A DNA stretch of 64,000 nt from an uncultured Conexibacteraceae bacterium (lineage in GTDB: Bacteria > Actinomycetota > Thermoleophilia > Solirubrobacterales > Solirubrobacteraceae), in the NCBI GenBank assembly GCA_963785385.1, contig CAWAVA010000021.1:84368-148367 (forward strand). The letters are read 5' to 3'. The notes under the pieces are model-generated. The model did no database searches. It saw only the letters and a program-made list of their open reading frames with translations, and had not been told where the DNA came from. The position numbers and the translations under genes are program-made. Shown here piece after piece: positions 50,683 through 61,512 of the stretch (position 1 is the stretch's first letter; the number at the start of each line of letters is the position of its first letter).

Positions 50683-52334
50683 GGACGCACCAGCAGTTCG
50701 GCGGCCTCGTCCCGGAGCGCCTGTTCGCGGATCTTGTAGTGGAGCTTCTTGCCGGTTGCCGTGAGCGGGATCTGGTCGACGAACCGGTATGCGCGTGGTC
50801 GTTTGTAGTCCGCGAGCATCGGGTGTCCGAGGCTGTGGCGCTCGAGCTCGGCGGCGTCCAGCGGGACGCCGCCGGAGGCAACAACGTACGCGACCACGAT
50901 CTCCCCCCACTGAGCGTCCGGCAGCCCGACGACGACCGAGTCAGCGACGCTCGGGTGCTCGTTGAGGACCGCCTCGACCTGCGTGGGGTGGACGTTCTCG
51001 CCGCCGGAGATGATCATGTCGTCCTTGCGCCCGACGATCGTCACATAGCCCTCGACGTCCCAGGTTGCGAGGTCTCCGATGTAGAGCCAGCCGTCGCGGA
51101 AGCGCGCGGACTGCTCGTCGGGGTTGTTCACGTACGCGTAGCCGGATTTGACCGAGCGGACGATCACCTCTCCCACCTCCTGTCCGTCCCGGGCGGCGAG
51201 CTCGTCGGGTGCGGCGTAGCGGTCCTCGAAGACCCTCACCACGGCGACGTCGTCGTCCGTGCAGGCGCGGCCGGCGGAACCGGCATGCTCGGGTAGGTCG
51301 GCGGGGCGCAGGAATGTGTTCCAGAACGCCTCGGTGGTGCCATAGCCGTTGAAGATCCGAGGTGTCAGCAGCTCCTGGTAGCGCAGGCAGGCCTCGCGAT
51401 CGAGTGGCGCACCCATCGTCACGATCCCGTTCAGGCTCGAGAGATCCCGTGGCGTCCGCTGCTGTTCGGCGCTCAGCACCGCGAGGTTCGTCGGCGCGCC
51501 GATCAGGAAGGTCAGACGATGCTCCTGGACCCAGTCGAGCACGGTCGCGGCGTCGAAGGCGCGCATCGGCACGGCCTCGGCCCCGACGTAGAAGGTTGGA
51601 TTGGGGCCCCCTGAGTACAACCCGCCGCGGTGGAACCATGGGGTCATATTGAGCGTGCGGTCTTCAGGTGTGAGCGGAAAGTGCATGATCACGTCGTGGG
51701 CCGAGAGCACCTCGACGATGTCCGGGAGCGACACACCCTTGGGCAGCCCGGTCGTCCCTGAGGTGTAGAGCCTTGTGGTCTCCGCGAAGATGCCGCGGTC
51801 CGGGGTCGGCGGCACGGGGGCGTTGGCAAAGAACTCGGCGAACGGCGCGGCGGCAGCGACCGGCCTCGTCCAGTCCGCGTGATCGACCCCGATGACCAGA
51901 TCCGGCCGGTGCTCTGAGAGCCACAGCGCCTCGGCCCCGACCGCCGAGAGGCTCTCGTCGAGGATGAACACCGCCGGACGGCTGTCGTCGAGCACGTGGG
52001 CGATCTCGCCTGCGGCGAGCCGGAAGTTGACCGGGGTTGCAACGGCGCCGAGACGCTGTGCGGCGAGCCAGGTCAGCGCGAACTCAGGGCCGTTGAGCAG
52101 GTCGAAGAGGATCACGTCCTCGGCACGTATGCCCCGTTCGTACAGGCCGGCGGCGAGGCGCCCGACGTCTTCCCAGAGCTGCGAGTAGGTCCAGCGGCGG
52201 CCGCTGAGCGGGTCATGCAGGGCAGGGCGCGAGGCGAATCGGAGGCTGTTGCGGCGGACGCCGGCGAGGTATCCGAACTCATGCTCGAAGACGTGGCGGA
52301 ACGGCTCTGGGTTATATCGATACGGCGACACCAT
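50679..52334 (-). CDS. Class I adenylate-forming enzyme (acyl-CoA synthetase)
   Basis: YTSGTTGLPKG, YGTTE, GDL, GRKDDMIISGG, TGK. Confidence 0.9.
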   Translation of the reverse strand: MVSPYRYNPEPFRHVFEHEFGYLAGVRRNSLRFASRPALHDPLSGRRWTYSQLWEDVGRLAAGLYERGIRAEDVILFDLLNGPEFALTWLAAQRLGAVATPVNFRLAAGEIAHVLDDSRPAVFILDESLSAVGAEALWLSEHRPDLVIGVDHADWTRPVAAAAPFAEFFANAPVPPTPDRGIFAETTRLYTSGTTGLPKGVSLPDIVEVLSAHDVIMHFPLTPEDRTLNMTPWFHRGGLYSGGPNPTFYVGAEAVPMRAFDAATVLDWVQEHRLTFLIGAPTNLAVLSAEQQRTPRDLSSLNGIVTMGAPLDREACLRYQELLTPRIFNGYGTTEAFWNTFLRPADLPEHAGSAGRACTDDDVAVVRVFEDRYAAPDELAARDGQEVGEVIVRSVKSGYAYVNNPDEQSARFRDGWLYIGDLATWDVEGYVTIVGRKDDMIISGGENVHPTQVEAVLNEHPSVADSVVVGLPDAQWGEIVVAYVVASGGVPLDAAELERHSLGHPMLADYKRPRAYRFVDQIPLTATGKKLHYKIREQALRDEAAELLVRP

Positions 52335-52363
52335 GGAACTGCTCAAACCTTCTCCTCCTGGGC

Positions 52364-53254
52364 TCACGCCACGTCGGTCGGCGATCGTATTGCGCTGGTG
52401 GCCCCGGCAAGGCGCTCGATCTGCTCGAGCGGATGTGAGCCGAGCGGCAGCAGCAGGATCTCTGAGACGCCGGCATCGATGTAGCGCTCGAGGAACTCGG
52501 CAACGTGCTCGGCCGGGCCGCACGCGGTCCAGCGCTCTACCCGGTCAAGCGCCATTCCGTATTGGCCGTGAAGGTGTGCGTCGGCCTCGGCGCGCGCGGC
52601 GTCGGGGTCGGGATCGATGTGCGCGAGCACCAGCAGCGAGATACCAGGCGCGGGCCGGCCGTTCTCGTGTGCCAGTTCCCGGAGACGCTCGCCCCGCTGG
52701 GCGAGCGTCTCCGGGGAGATCCACATCGGCAACCACGCGTCGCCAAAGCGGGCGGCGCGCTCGACGGCACGGTCGCTGCGCCCGCCGACCAGGATCGGCG
52801 GCATCGGCGCGGACGGCTTCAAAGAGTGCTCGGTCCCTTCCGTCAGGAATTGGGGCAGGAGCTCGAGCGCGCGGTTCAGGCGGGCGCCCCGCTCGGTCAG
52901 CGGCACCTCCGCGGCCTCGTACTCCTCGGGGAACTCGCCGCCGGCGCCGACGCCGAGCCGCAGTCGGTTGCCGGACAGCAGCTGCAGCGTGGCGATCTGC
53001 TTGGCGGCCCACGCCAGCGGTCGCATGCCGAGCAGCATGACGCTGAAGCCGACCTGGACGCGGCTCGTGACAGTCGCGGCGACGCCCAGGCAGGTGGAGG
53101 AGTCCAGCACAGGCGCAGGGCATTTCAGGTGATCGCCGGCCCACACAGATGTGAAGCCGACCTGCTCGGCAAGGCGCGCCGCCTCGGCAACGGGCAACGG
53201 CTCCCCACGTTGCAGCGGGTCGAAGGTCGGCAGCAACACACCCCAATTCGTCAT
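52364..53254 (-). CDS. LLM-class flavin/F420-dependent oxidoreductase
   Basis: SVWAGDH, RLRLGVGAG, PILVGG..A..RAAR.GD.W. Confidence 0.85.
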   Translation of the reverse strand: MTNWGVLLPTFDPLQRGEPLPVAEAARLAEQVGFTSVWAGDHLKCPAPVLDSSTCLGVAATVTSRVQVGFSVMLLGMRPLAWAAKQIATLQLLSGNRLRLGVGAGGEFPEEYEAAEVPLTERGARLNRALELLPQFLTEGTEHSLKPSAPMPPILVGGRSDRAVERAARFGDAWLPMWISPETLAQRGERLRELAHENGRPAPGISLLVLAHIDPDPDAARAEADAHLHGQYGMALDRVERWTACGPAEHVAEFLERYIDAGVSEILLLPLGSHPLEQIERLAGATSAIRSPTDVA

Positions 53255-53349
53255 GCCGAATCGAAGCTAACGAACTTCGCGGCCGGTGACGGGCAACAAC
53301 CGATGACCGGGGGGTGATCCCGTCGGGCGGATGCGCGATCCTCCGCACG

Positions 53350-53778
53350 ATGACCGATGGTGAGGAGCAGCCAAACGGGCCCAGGGATCGGCGCGACCCG
53401 CTTCAGCGCCGTGAGGCCTTCCGGCTCCACATGAAGGTGCCCGTGGTGGTCGATTCGCCGGTGCGCGCGAGTTGCGAGCTGGTCGACATATCGGTGCTCG
53501 GCCTGCGAGTCGACCGCAGGCTGCCCTGCGCGCACGGGGTGAAGGTGATGTTCAGGCTGGCGCTGCCGGACTATGGGGAGAGCCCGGAGGCGAGCGAATT
53601 CGAACTGTCGGCGGTGATCGTCAGCGTCGAGGATGACCACACCGGCATGCGGTTCGTCGACCTTGAGCCGTGGGAGGCCCGGGAGATCCGCGATCTCGTC
53701 TACGCCCATCAGCGCCGGCTGCTCGCCGGCCCGTTCCGGGTCACGCTCGATCGTCGCATCCATGGCGGTCGCGAGTAG
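53350..53778 (+). CDS. PilZ domain protein
   Basis: QRREAFR and DISVLG motifs; GMRF. Confidence 0.75.
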   Translation: MTDGEEQPNGPRDRRDPLQRREAFRLHMKVPVVVDSPVRASCELVDISVLGLRVDRRLPCAHGVKVMFRLALPDYGESPEASEFELSAVIVSVEDDHTGMRFVDLEPWEAREIRDLVYAHQRRLLAGPFRVTLDRRIHGGRE

Positions 53779-53784
53779 CCCAGG

Positions 53785-54660
53785 ATGGTGATCCTTGCCG
53801 CCCTCGCCGCCGCGATCGGCTGGGGCGCATCGGACTACTTCGGCGGACGCCTGTCACGGCTCGACGCGCCGGTCTTCACGATCGTGGCGCTGACCGAGCT
53901 GGGCGGGACGGTGCTGTTGGCGCCCGTGCTGATAGCGCGCGGTGTGGCGTTTCCCGACAGCGCACGAATGTTGTTGGCCGTTGGCGCGGGCGTGTCGGTC
54001 ACGGTCGAGCTGAGCCTGATCTATCGCGCGCTGAGCCGGGGCAACGCGTTTGCGACGGCGCCGGTCGGCTCGCTCGGGGCGGCCGCGGCGGTCACAATCG
54101 GGATCATCTCCGGCGATGAGATCACGTTTTTGATCGGCGTCGGGTTGGCGTGCGCGCTGACGGGCAGCGCGATCAGCAACTGGAGCTCGCCGGCCGGCAG
54201 CGGCGGCAGCGTGCGAGACGCGCTAACGGTGCTCGGGGCGGCGCTGGGGGTCGGCGTGACCCTGACACTGCTGCACGCGGCCGGCACACTCGATCCATTC
54301 TGGGTGACGGCCGTGCAGCATCTGAGCACGGCCGTCTCGGCCGGGCTCGTGGTTGCGGTGACCGCGGCCCGCCGACGAGGGTCGCTGCCGCGGGCGTCGG
54401 GATCGGACGCGATCGGGTGGCGGCAGCTGCCTATCCTCGCGCTCGTGGCCGTGGCGGGAGCCGGGGGAGACCTCGCCTACGTGGCAGCATCTCACCGCGG
54501 CGGCCAGCTCAGCATCGTCTCGGCGATCGCGTCGCTGTACCCACTGATGACGATCGCGCTCGGATGGGTGCTCGCCGGGAGTCGGGCCAGACGTACACAG
54601 GCGATCGGCATCGCGCTCGCGTTGCTCGGCGCGGTGTTGCTGGGTGCAGCCGCGGGCTGA
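53785..54660 (+). CDS. EamA/DMT transporter
   Basis: WGASDYFGG, about 10 TMs, SLYP. Confidence 0.85.
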   Translation: MVILAALAAAIGWGASDYFGGRLSRLDAPVFTIVALTELGGTVLLAPVLIARGVAFPDSARMLLAVGAGVSVTVELSLIYRALSRGNAFATAPVGSLGAAAAVTIGIISGDEITFLIGVGLACALTGSAISNWSSPAGSGGSVRDALTVLGAALGVGVTLTLLHAAGTLDPFWVTAVQHLSTAVSAGLVVAVTAARRRGSLPRASGSDAIGWRQLPILALVAVAGAGGDLAYVAASHRGGQLSIVSAIASLYPLMTIALGWVLAGSRARRTQAIGIALALLGAVLLGAAAG

Positions 54661-54674
54661 GCTACGGTGTCGGC

Positions 54675-55424
54675 ATGACCGCGGCTGATGCTGTGGAGAC
54701 GACTGCGGCCGCACGCGCGGTCGACCTTCGCAGGACCTATGGCGAGGGCGACTCGCTGGTGAAGGCGCTCGACGGTGTTGACGTCAGATTCGAGCGGGCG
54801 CGCTTCACGGCTGTGATGGGACCGTCAGGCTCCGGGAAATCGACGCTGATGCACTGCATGGCGGGTCTTGACAAGCCGACCGGCGGGCAGGCCTATGTCG
54901 GCGATCAGGAGCTTGGGTCGCTCGATGACTCGGGCCTGACGAATCTGCGCCGTGAGCGGATCGGCTTCGTGTTCCAATCCTTCAACCTGCTGCCGACTCT
55001 GACCGCCGGCGAGAACATCACGCTTCCACTCGACCTGGCGGGGCAGGATGTGGATCCCGATTGGTTCGAGTTGCTCGTCGGCCAACTGCGTATCGCCGAT
55101 CGCCTCTCACATCGGCCCAGCGAGCTGTCCGGCGGCCAGCAGCAGCGGATCGCCTGCGCGCGGGCGCTGATCGGCAGGCCCGACCTGATCTTCGCCGACG
55201 AGCCGACCGGCAACCTCGACTCGAATTCCTCAGCCGAGGTGCTGGCGTTCCTGCGCCGCGCGGTCGACGAGCACCAGCAGTCGATTGTGATGGTCACGCA
55301 TGACCCACGCGCCGCCGCCGCGTCCGACCGCGTCGTGTTCCTTGCGGACGGACGCGTCGTCGGCGAGCTGCTCGCGCCGACGGCAGATTCGGTGCTCGAA
55401 GCGATGAAGAACCTGGGCGAGTAA
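54675..55424 (+). CDS. ABC transporter ATP-binding protein (LolD/MacB type)
   Basis: GPSGSGKST, LSGGQQQR, DEPTGNLD, VTHD. Confidence 0.92.
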   Translation: MTAADAVETTAAARAVDLRRTYGEGDSLVKALDGVDVRFERARFTAVMGPSGSGKSTLMHCMAGLDKPTGGQAYVGDQELGSLDDSGLTNLRRERIGFVFQSFNLLPTLTAGENITLPLDLAGQDVDPDWFELLVGQLRIADRLSHRPSELSGGQQQRIACARALIGRPDLIFADEPTGNLDSNSSAEVLAFLRRAVDEHQQSIVMVTHDPRAAAASDRVVFLADGRVVGELLAPTADSVLEAMKNLGE

Positions 55425-55439
55425 CGGAGGCGCTCCGAG

Positions 55440-57971
55440 ATGCGCAAGGTGACCCTCCGTGGTCTGGCTGCTCGGAAGCTGCGGCTGGCGCTGACCGCCC
55501 TGGCGATCGTGCTCGGTGTGACTTTCGTGGCCGGCACGCTCGTACTCAGCGACACGCTCAACCGGACCTTCGACAACCTCGTCGGAAACATCTACCAGCA
55601 CGTCGACTTTGAGATCCGGGGTACCGAGAGTCTCAGCGGCATCAGCAACACAGCTGTCGACTCGACCGCGAATCGCAAAGCAGTGCCGCAGTCGGTCGGC
55701 ACCGAGGTGAGCCGGCTGCCCGGCGTGAAGTTCGCCTACGGCTCGGTCAGCGGCTACGCCCAGCTCGTCTCCCACACCGGCAATGCGATCGGAAACAGCG
55801 CTGCGGCGCTCGGCTTCTCGTTTGACCCGAACCCCGAGCTCTCGGCGCTTCGGCTGGTCGAAGGAAGGGCGCCGACCACCGATGACCAGGTCGTGATCGA
55901 CAAGCACACCGCGATAGAGCACCACTTCAGCGTGGGTGACCGGGTCCGGATCCTGCTCCCGAACGGCCACCAGACCTTCACGGTCTCGGGGATCGTCACG
56001 TTCGGGAGCGACGACAGCCTTGCCGGAGCCACGATCGCCGCCTTCGATCTGCCGACGGCGCAGCGACTGTTCAACTCGGTCGGGACCTACGACACGATCA
56101 ACGTCCTCACCGACCCGGGGGCCGACAAGGTGACCGTTGAGCGTGAGATCACCGGCATCCTTCCGAAGGACGCCGAGGTCGTCAGCGGTCAGACCGTCGC
56201 CAACGAGCTCTCACAGACGATCCACAACGAGCTCTCGTTCCTGTCGACGGCGCTGCTGATCTTCGCCTTCATCTCGCTGCTCGTGGGGAGCTTCACGATC
56301 TTCAACACGTTCTCGATCACGGTCGGGCAGCGTACGCGGGAGCTGGCGCTGCTGCGACTGGTCGGCGCCACTCGTCGACAGGTGTTCAGGTCCGTGCTGA
56401 TCGAGGCAGCGCTGACCGGGCTGATCGCGTCGCTGATCGGGCTCGGACTCGGTGTTGCGGCGGCAGTCGGATTGAAGGCGCTGCTCGGCACCTTCGGGCT
56501 GACGCTGCCCTCGGCGCCGCTCGTGTTCAAGGCTCGCACGGCGATCGTGGCGCTGCTCGTCGGCATCGGCGTGACGACGGTCTCGGCGATCGTGCCAGCG
56601 CGCCGCGCGGTCCGTATCGCCCCGGTCGCGGCACTGGTCGCACACGAGTCCGACGAGTCCGCGCCGCTGCGACGCCGGCGTATGATGATCGGCGCCGTCT
56701 CAGGCGTCCTGGGACTGGCGCTGCTGGCGCTCGGGCTGATCCACGCGAAGGTCGGTCTGGTCGGACTCGGTGCGTTGGCGGTATTCGTGGCGACCGTGGT
56801 GCTTGCCCCGGCCGTCGCCGCGGGTCTCGCCCGGGGCCTGGGACGACCACTCGCCGCGATGCTGGGGATGCCCGGCCGGCTCGGGCGCCGCAACGCCGCC
56901 GCGCAACCCGCGCCGTACCGCCCAGACCGCGGGCGCGCTGATGATCGGCCTCACGCTGGTATCGACGATTGCCGTGCTCGGCGCCTCGCTATCGGCTTCC
57001 GCCAAGAGTGAGGTCGAGTCCGCGCTAGTCGCCGACTACATCATCGGCGGATCGGATTCGATCAGTCCGGCGGTCGCTGACGACCGTCGCGCATCTTCCC
57101 GGCGCAGCCGCCACGACCGCTGTCTACACCGGTCAGTTCGATCTGCGCGGCGCACTGCAGACGCTCGGAGCAGCGTCGACGGACGGCCTGAACAGGACCG
57201 TCAGGCTCGAGATCGTCGATGGCCGCGGAGCGTCCGCGATGAACGCGGGCGAGTTGCTCGTCGACACCAACACGGCCAAGGACGAGAACCTCCATGTGGG
57301 CTCGCGTGTTCCGGTCACATTCGCGCAGACCGGGCCGACGACGATGCGTGTCGGCGGGATCTACAAGTACAACCCGCTGGTCGGCAGCTACGTCGACCGG
57401 CGCCGCGTTCTTCCTCAGCGCATTTCGATCACCCGCTGCTTGATGCGGTACTGGTCACGACCGCCCCGGGCACGCAAACTTTGAGCAGACGCTGAATGTC
57501 GCGCTGAACGCGTACCCGAATCTGAGCATCCAGAGCGCAGCCAGTTCGAGCGCTCGGAGCAGCAGGCATCAACTAGCTGCTCGGGCCTGGTTTACGTGCT
57601 GCTCGCGCTGGCGGTCGTGTCGCGCTGATCGGGATCGTGAACACACTGATGCTCTCGGTGTTCGAGCGCACGCACGAGATCGGCCTGTTGCGCGCCGTCG
57701 GGATGCGCCGGCCGCAGGTTCGCGGATGATCCGTTCGGAGTCGATCATCATCGCCCTGTTCGGCGCCGTCGTCGGGATCGTCGTCGGCACCGGGCTGGGG
57801 TTGGCGATGTCCTCCTCGCTGCGCAACAGCGGCGTCACGAGCCTGGCCGTTCCGATCCCGACGCTCGTCATCTTCCTCATTCTCTCGGCCCTGCTGGGCC
57901 TCGGCGCCGCGAGCTGGCCTGCGCGCCGCGCCGCGAAGTTGGACGTCCTTCAGGCGATCGCCGCCGAGTGA
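55440..57971 (+). CDS. FtsX-like ABC permease (frameshifted in the C-terminal half)
   Basis: RTRELALLR and a second [13 protein letters not shown] repeat; PARRAA. Confidence 0.85.
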
Positions 57972-58027
57972 CTCCCAACGTCAGGTGCTGGGCCGCGCTG
58001 AGTCTGGGGGCATTAACCTGAGGGAGT

Positions 58028-58053
58028 CGATAATAACACCGGCGTTATTATCG
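58028..58053. terminator. AT-rich 10-bp inverted repeat between convergent genes (terminator or protein-binding site)
   Basis: CGATAATAAC-N6-GTTATTATCG. Confidence 0.4.
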
Positions 58054-58089
58054 CACCTGCCTTCAGAGCTAAGGGTGTGTGCGCTGTGC

Positions 58090-59517
58090 TCAGCGTGCGA
58101 ACAGCATCCGCCGGCCGAGGCCGAGGCCGAGGCTCGCGTAACCGCGCAGCAGCTTGGTCTCAGCGTCGGCGAGCACCGACTCCAAGGCGGCCACGAAGCG
58201 TCGCAGCTCATCCTCGGGGATCGTCAGCGGCGGCAGCGCCTTGATCACGTTCATGTGGTGACCGGCCACCTGGGTGAGGATGTGGTGGTCGTGGAACAGC
58301 GGCACCGTGATCAGCTGGGCGAACAGACCGGGCTGACGGCGCTCGATCGCCTCCCAGACGCGCCTGGCGGTACGGCCCGAGGGCGGTCCGAGCTCGATGC
58401 CCCACATCAACCCGAGCCCGCGCACCTCCTGAACGATCTCGAAGCGATCGACCAGCGGTCGGGTCAGCTCCATCAGCAGCTCGCCCAGGCACCGCGCCCG
58501 CTCGACGAGCTGCTCGCGTTCGATGACCGCGAGCGTCGCGAGACCGGCACCGGCGGCGAAGTCGCCGCCACCGAAGGTCGAGCCGTGGACGACGCTGTTC
58601 TCCATCGAGTCGAACGTCGCATCGAACACGGCTCGGCTCGCCAGCAGCGCGCCGATCGGGACGTATCCGCCCGAGAGCGCCTTGGAGAGCGTCACCATGT
58701 CGGGCTCCACGCCCCAGTGCTCAACGGCCAGGAAGCGGCCGGTGCGCCCGAGGCCGGTCTGCACCTCGTCGGCGATCAACAGCGTGCCGGCCGCGCGGCA
58801 GAGCGCCTGAGCCCCCGCAAGGTATCCGTCGGGCGCGACGTAGACACCCTTGCCCTGGACCGGCTCGACGATGAATCCGGCGACGTCGCCGCAGGCGAGC
58901 TCACGTTCGAGCGCTTCGAGGCGACCGAACTGCACAGGGTCGCAGCCGGGCAACAGCGGCCCGAACCGCTCACGAAACTCGGCGTTGCCGTTGACAGACA
59001 GCGAGCCGAACGAGAGACCGTGGAAGCCGCGCTCGCAATAGAGGATGCGCGGGCGGCCGGTCGCGGCGCGCGCGAGCTTCAGAGCCGCCTCGACCGACTC
59101 GGTTCCGGAGCTCGTCAGCACCACGGCGTCCAGCGAAGCCGGCGAGCTGTGCACGAGCTGCTGGGCCAGCAGCCCGGCTCGCAGCGAGGTGCCGAGCTGC
59201 GGAAGGCTCGGCATATCGCTGTCGAGCAGCGCCTTCAGCTCCCGCTTCACGTCGGGGTGATTGCGGCCGAGCGCGAAGACGCCGTAGCCGGCGTAGAGGT
59301 CGAGGTACGCCTGTCCGGCATCGTCGACCAGGTACGGCCCGGTTCCGCTGACCCACTGGCGATCGAAGCCCAGCGTCTGGAGCACCCGGCCCAGCTGGCG
59401 GTTGAGATAGCGCTGGTTGAGCGCCATCGCCTCGCCGCCGTGCAGCGCAGGTCGGTGACTCAGGTCGTTAACCTGCTCGTAACCGTTGTGGTCGTACTCG
59501 GGGATCGGATCCGCCAT
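58090..59517 (-). CDS. hpnO: Class III aminotransferase, hopanoid-associated (HpnO-like)
   Basis: SGTESVEAA, FHG, EPVQG, DEVQTGLGRTG, SKALSGG; adjacent to shc. Confidence 0.75.
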   Translation of the reverse strand: MADPIPEYDHNGYEQVNDLSHRPALHGGEAMALNQRYLNRQLGRVLQTLGFDRQWVSGTGPYLVDDAGQAYLDLYAGYGVFALGRNHPDVKRELKALLDSDMPSLPQLGTSLRAGLLAQQLVHSSPASLDAVVLTSSGTESVEAALKLARAATGRPRILYCERGFHGLSFGSLSVNGNAEFRERFGPLLPGCDPVQFGRLEALERELACGDVAGFIVEPVQGKGVYVAPDGYLAGAQALCRAAGTLLIADEVQTGLGRTGRFLAVEHWGVEPDMVTLSKALSGGYVPIGALLASRAVFDATFDSMENSVVHGSTFGGGDFAAGAGLATLAVIEREQLVERARCLGELLMELTRPLVDRFEIVQEVRGLGLMWGIELGPPSGRTARRVWEAIERRQPGLFAQLITVPLFHDHHILTQVAGHHMNVIKALPPLTIPEDELRRFVAALESVLADAETKLLRGYASLGLGLGRRMLFAR

Positions 59518-59547
59518 TTCAGGAAGGACGAGCTTTAGTTCGAAATT

Positions 59548-61512
59548 ATGGATGCCCTGAGCCGCCTGCGCGATCAGTTCGGGAACAGTTCCGAGGAGCT
59601 CCGGAACACCGCTGACACCGCCACCGTAACCGAAGCACCCGCGTTGGCCTCATCTCACCTCGACGAGGTGCGAGCCGCGGCAGCGCTTCGCCAAGCCTCC
59701 GAACACCTGCTCTCCAAGCAGGATCCGGGCGGCTGGTGGAAGGGCGAGTTGGAGACGAACGTGACGATGGACGCCGAGGACATGCTCCTGCGCGAGTTCC
59801 TCGGCATCCGGGAGAGCGACGCCACCGCGCGCAGTGCGGCCTGGATCCGATCGCAGCAGCGCGAGGACGGAACCTGGGGGAACTTCCACGGCGCTCCAGC
59901 CGATCTCTCGACGACGATCGAGTCCTATGTAGCGCTGCGGCTGGCCGGCGACGAGCCGGACGCCGAGCACATGCGCGCCGCCGCCGCGTACGTACGCGCC
60001 GCCGGAGGCCTCCAGCGGGCGCGGGTCTTCACGCACATCTGGATGGCCCTGTTCGGGGCGTGGTCCTGGGACGACGTGCCGGCGCTTCCGCCGGAGCTGA
60101 TCCTGCTGCCGAGCTGGATGCCGTTGAACGTCTACGACTTCGCCTGCTGGGCGAGGCAGACCGTCGTCGCGCTATCGGTGGTGCTCGCCGTCCGTCCCGT
60201 GCGGCCGCTGCCGTTCACGCTGGGGGAGCTCGACGGTCCGCAGCCGTTCGCGCCTCCGGAGGGAGACTCCTGGGTCGGCCGTGGACTGATGGTGGCCGAT
60301 CGCCTGCTGCAGCGATACCACCGCCACCCGCTGAAGCCGCTGCGCAGGTTCGCGTTGCGACGAGCCGAGCGCTGGATCGCGGATCGCCAGGAGGCCGACG
60401 GCGGTTGGGGTGGGATCCAGCCTCCGTGGGTCTACTCGCTGATCGCACTGCACCTGCTCGGGTACTCGCTCGATCATCGGGTGATCAAGCGCGGGCTGGA
60501 CGGGATGCAGAGCTTCACGATCGACGAGGAGACCCGCCGTGTGGAAGCCTGTCAATCACCGGTTTGGGATACCTCCCTGGCCGTGATCGCGCTGCGCGAC
60601 GCGGGCGTCGCCGCAGGCGATGAGGCGCTGGTGCGGGCGGCCGGGTGGTTGGCAGACGAGCAGATTCGCCAGCGTGGCGACTGGGCCGTGCGCCGGCCCC
60701 CGGCTACGGCCGGGAGGCTGGGCGTTCGAGTTTGCTAACGCCAACTACCCCGATATCGACGATACCGCCGAGGTCGTGATGGCACTGCGTCGGGTCGAGC
60801 ATCCGGACGCCGAGCGCATCAAGGCCGCGATCGACAGCGGGGTCGAATGGGTCGAAGGGATGCGCAGCTCTGACGGGGGCTGGGGTGCCTTCGATGTGGA
60901 CAACCGCCGCTCACTCGTGCGACGGATGCCGTTCTGCGACTTCGGAGAGGTGATCGACCCGCCGAGCGCAGACGTCACGGCCCATGTGGTCGAGATGCTC
61001 GGGCTGCTCGGCCGCGGCGACGGGCGATTTGACGCGCGACGGGGTCAGGTGGTTGCTCGACCACCAGGAACGTGACGGCTCCTGGTTCGGGCGCTGGGGC
61101 GTCAACCATGTGTACGGGACCGGCGCGGTCCTGCCGGCGCTCGTCGCGGCAGGGGTGTCGCCGGCTGGGCCCCCGATCCGGCGAGCGGTCAGCTGGCTGG
61201 AGAAGCACCAGAACAGCGACGGGGGCTGGGGCGAGGATTGTCGCTCGTACGACGATCCCGCGTGGGTTGGGCGCGGAGTGAGCACGCCGTCGCAGACGGC
61301 CTGGGCGCTGCTGGCGCTGGAGGCGGCTGGGCAGGAACGACTCCGAAGCCGCCGCGCGCGGCATCAATTGGCTACTTGCCAACCAGCGCCCGGATGGCGG
61401 TTGGGACGAGGACTTCCACACGGGCACCGGCTTCCCGTCCGACTTCTACATCAAGTACCACCTCTATCGGCTGATCTTCCCCGTCATGGCGCTCGGGCGC
61501 TGCCTGCGATGA
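59548..61512 (+). CDS. shc: Squalene-hopene cyclase (frameshifted)
   Basis: QW repeats (Q..DG.W), DIDDTA catalytic motif, GSWFGRWG, GTGFP. Confidence 0.92.

Noticed and set aside
49411-53254. LLM + acyl-CoA synthetase + fabF as a secondary-metabolite cluster
   Set aside because: No ACP, chain-length factor or tailoring genes nearby; ordinary lipid metabolism is sufficient.
57985-59538. 517-aa + strand ORF and similar long antisense ORFs (e.g. 40879-42021, 7103-7933)
   Set aside because: Shadow ORFs opposite well-supported genes, typical of high-GC DNA.
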